Virus record (IMG/VR): IMGVR_UViG_2875713109_000001
DNA length: 64,000 nt
DNA from: a virus
Taxonomy: Duplodnaviria; Heunggongvirae; Uroviricota; Caudoviricetes
Reading direction: 5' to 3' (one strand)
This document shows positions 62,644-64,000 of the stretch, piece by piece. The notes beneath the pieces were generated by a model, which searched no databases, was not told the origin of the DNA, and saw only the letters and a list, made by a program, of their open reading frames with translations. The position numbers and the translations under genes are program-made. The first letter of the stretch is position 1. The number at the start of each line of letters is the position of its first letter.

Positions 62644-62892
62644 TTAATCCGCATTGAGAAGCAATGCATTATCTATGATGATCTGCTCCCATTCTTCGAA
62701 TGCCCGGTCACGGACGCCCTGGGGAACGCTGTTAGTTTTGAAATCGACGACCGTACGCCATTTCCCGTCCGGACGGTACATGCGCAGAGCTTTACTTCCC
62801 CCTTCCCTGCGCACCTCAACGTTATGCTTATCAGCAAACTCTTGTAATGCTCGTAGCGTCCCATGCTTTACTGTGTAGTATCGCTTTTTCAA
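62644..62892 (-). CDS. lxc: Lxc-like small basic protein
   Basis: 82-aa ORF directly downstream of mod as P1 lxc; TTG start with SD ggagag. Confidence 0.5.
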   Translation of the reverse strand: MKKRYYTVKHGTLRALQEFADKHNVEVRREGGSKALRMYRPDGKWRTVVDFKTNSVPQGVRDRAFEEWEQIIIDNALLLNAD

Positions 62893-63329
62893 GTTTTCTC
62901 TCCAGCCTGTGCCAAGGCTTCAACTTCCAAATCGTAAGACTCAAACTCATAGTCCTGGTCGTCAACTTCTTCAGGCACTGGCAGTAAATGCCAGGCTGAG
63001 TATATCTGACCATTATCAAAACGCTCCTGGCTGTAGAGCGTCGCGGCTATGAGTGTTAGCGCCGGGCGGTCATAACGGTAAATTTTGCGAACGTCACGGT
63101 CAACGAGACGACCGAAATTACCATAACCGCGCTCCAGTAATAATTTTTTAATTTCCGGCCAGTATGGACCATAGCTGCGGTACAGGCGGGGATTTTTCAG
63201 TAATCGCCCGCGTAGCCCTGACAGGAAGAAATCAACGTATTCGTCTTCTGTCTTTCCTAACAACGCTGTACGGAGTACCGCCTCAAGATATGTTTTATTC
63301 GGTTTTATTGTATCAGATAGTGTGGCCAT
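62889..63329 (-). CDS. hypothetical protein
   Basis: 146-aa ORF, ATG start; stop overlaps lxc start. Confidence 0.4.
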   Translation of the reverse strand: MATLSDTIKPNKTYLEAVLRTALLGKTEDEYVDFFLSGLRGRLLKNPRLYRSYGPYWPEIKKLLLERGYGNFGRLVDRDVRKIYRYDRPALTLIAATLYSQERFDNGQIYSAWHLLPVPEEVDDQDYEFESYDLEVEALAQAGEKT

Positions 63330-63362
63330 ATTATGCGACGCCCGGCGAACCGGGCGCTCCTG

Positions 63363-63974
63363 TTATGCGTATTGTTGGATGACGGCCAGAACGTCCGCCA
63401 CGTTGTGTTTTGTCTCGATAATCCACCAGTTACCTGGGAAGTCGCTGTTCTTCGCCTTCGCTGGCAACCAGCGAGCGCCGAATTTCGCCTTGATTGCGTC
63501 TTTCGCACGGAAAAGAACCCCTTTCATGCCGGAGGCTTCCTGAAGCCCAAATACCTCGCCAGCGGCGAATTTTGGTGCGTACATCATCTTCAGGTCGGCG
63601 GTGGATACGCGATAATTCAGACCAAGAGACTGAGCTATGCTGGTGGCATCACCCTGTATTGATGATAACTCTTCTTGTTTCTCGTTTCTGGCGGCAATTT
63701 CTTCCTCCGTGATGTTGCCAAGGGCCAGGTTTATCCGATCAGCATCTGCCTGTTTCTCTTCATCGGTGCGCCCGGCAAGTACCGTGTTAATTCTGTGCAA
63801 TATCTCCACATGATTCTTGCGCATGCTGAGCAATTCCGGCGTAACCTCGTTAAGGTCCACCAGCCCAAGGATGGCAAGGTCGGTAAACATTGATACCAGG
63901 TTGTAGGTCATGCGATAGCTGAGTTGCCCATAGGCTGATGGCAACTGCACCGCATCCATTTGATAGGCATCCAT
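63363..63974 (-). CDS. hypothetical protein
   Basis: 203-aa ORF, ATG start. Confidence 0.4.
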   Translation of the reverse strand: MDAYQMDAVQLPSAYGQLSYRMTYNLVSMFTDLAILGLVDLNEVTPELLSMRKNHVEILHRINTVLAGRTDEEKQADADRINLALGNITEEEIAARNEKQEELSSIQGDATSIAQSLGLNYRVSTADLKMMYAPKFAAGEVFGLQEASGMKGVLFRAKDAIKAKFGARWLPAKAKNSDFPGNWWIIETKHNVADVLAVIQQYA

Positions 63975-64000
63975 AAATTTAGAGCCGTCGTTTACGACAT

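Overview
This window reads as about two-thirds of a P1-family (P1/P7-like) temperate phage-plasmid genome, collinear with the known P1 layout. Calls rest on motif recognition and recalled P1 biology, not on database searches. Left to right: a late operon, an AT-rich lipoprotein pair, immI (c4-like RNA, icd, ant), the kilA-repL lytic replicon, an AT-rich two-gene module, tail and head genes, parS-parB-parA, the incA-repA-incC/oriR plasmid replicon, a late operon with a spanin-like pair and a PAAR-like protein, hrdC-dmt, three tRNAs with tRNA-like repeat debris, ban, a baseplate cluster, an early operon (TraR-like, VRR-NUC, two MptE-like paralogs, ppp, DxD protein), ea-like small genes, phd-doc, lpa, pacA-pacB with pac, a second c4/icd/ant-like module, c1-coi, loxP-cre, ref, mat, type III res-mod and lxc. 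No CRISPR array, transposase or IS element was seen. The most notable observations are the second immI-like module between pacB and c1, the AT-rich module after repL, the tRNA-like repeat family around the tRNA genes, and a recurring ACAA(A/G)TGAC-N6-TAGAAT-like motif upstream of late operons. No clearly novel system can be established from sequence alone.
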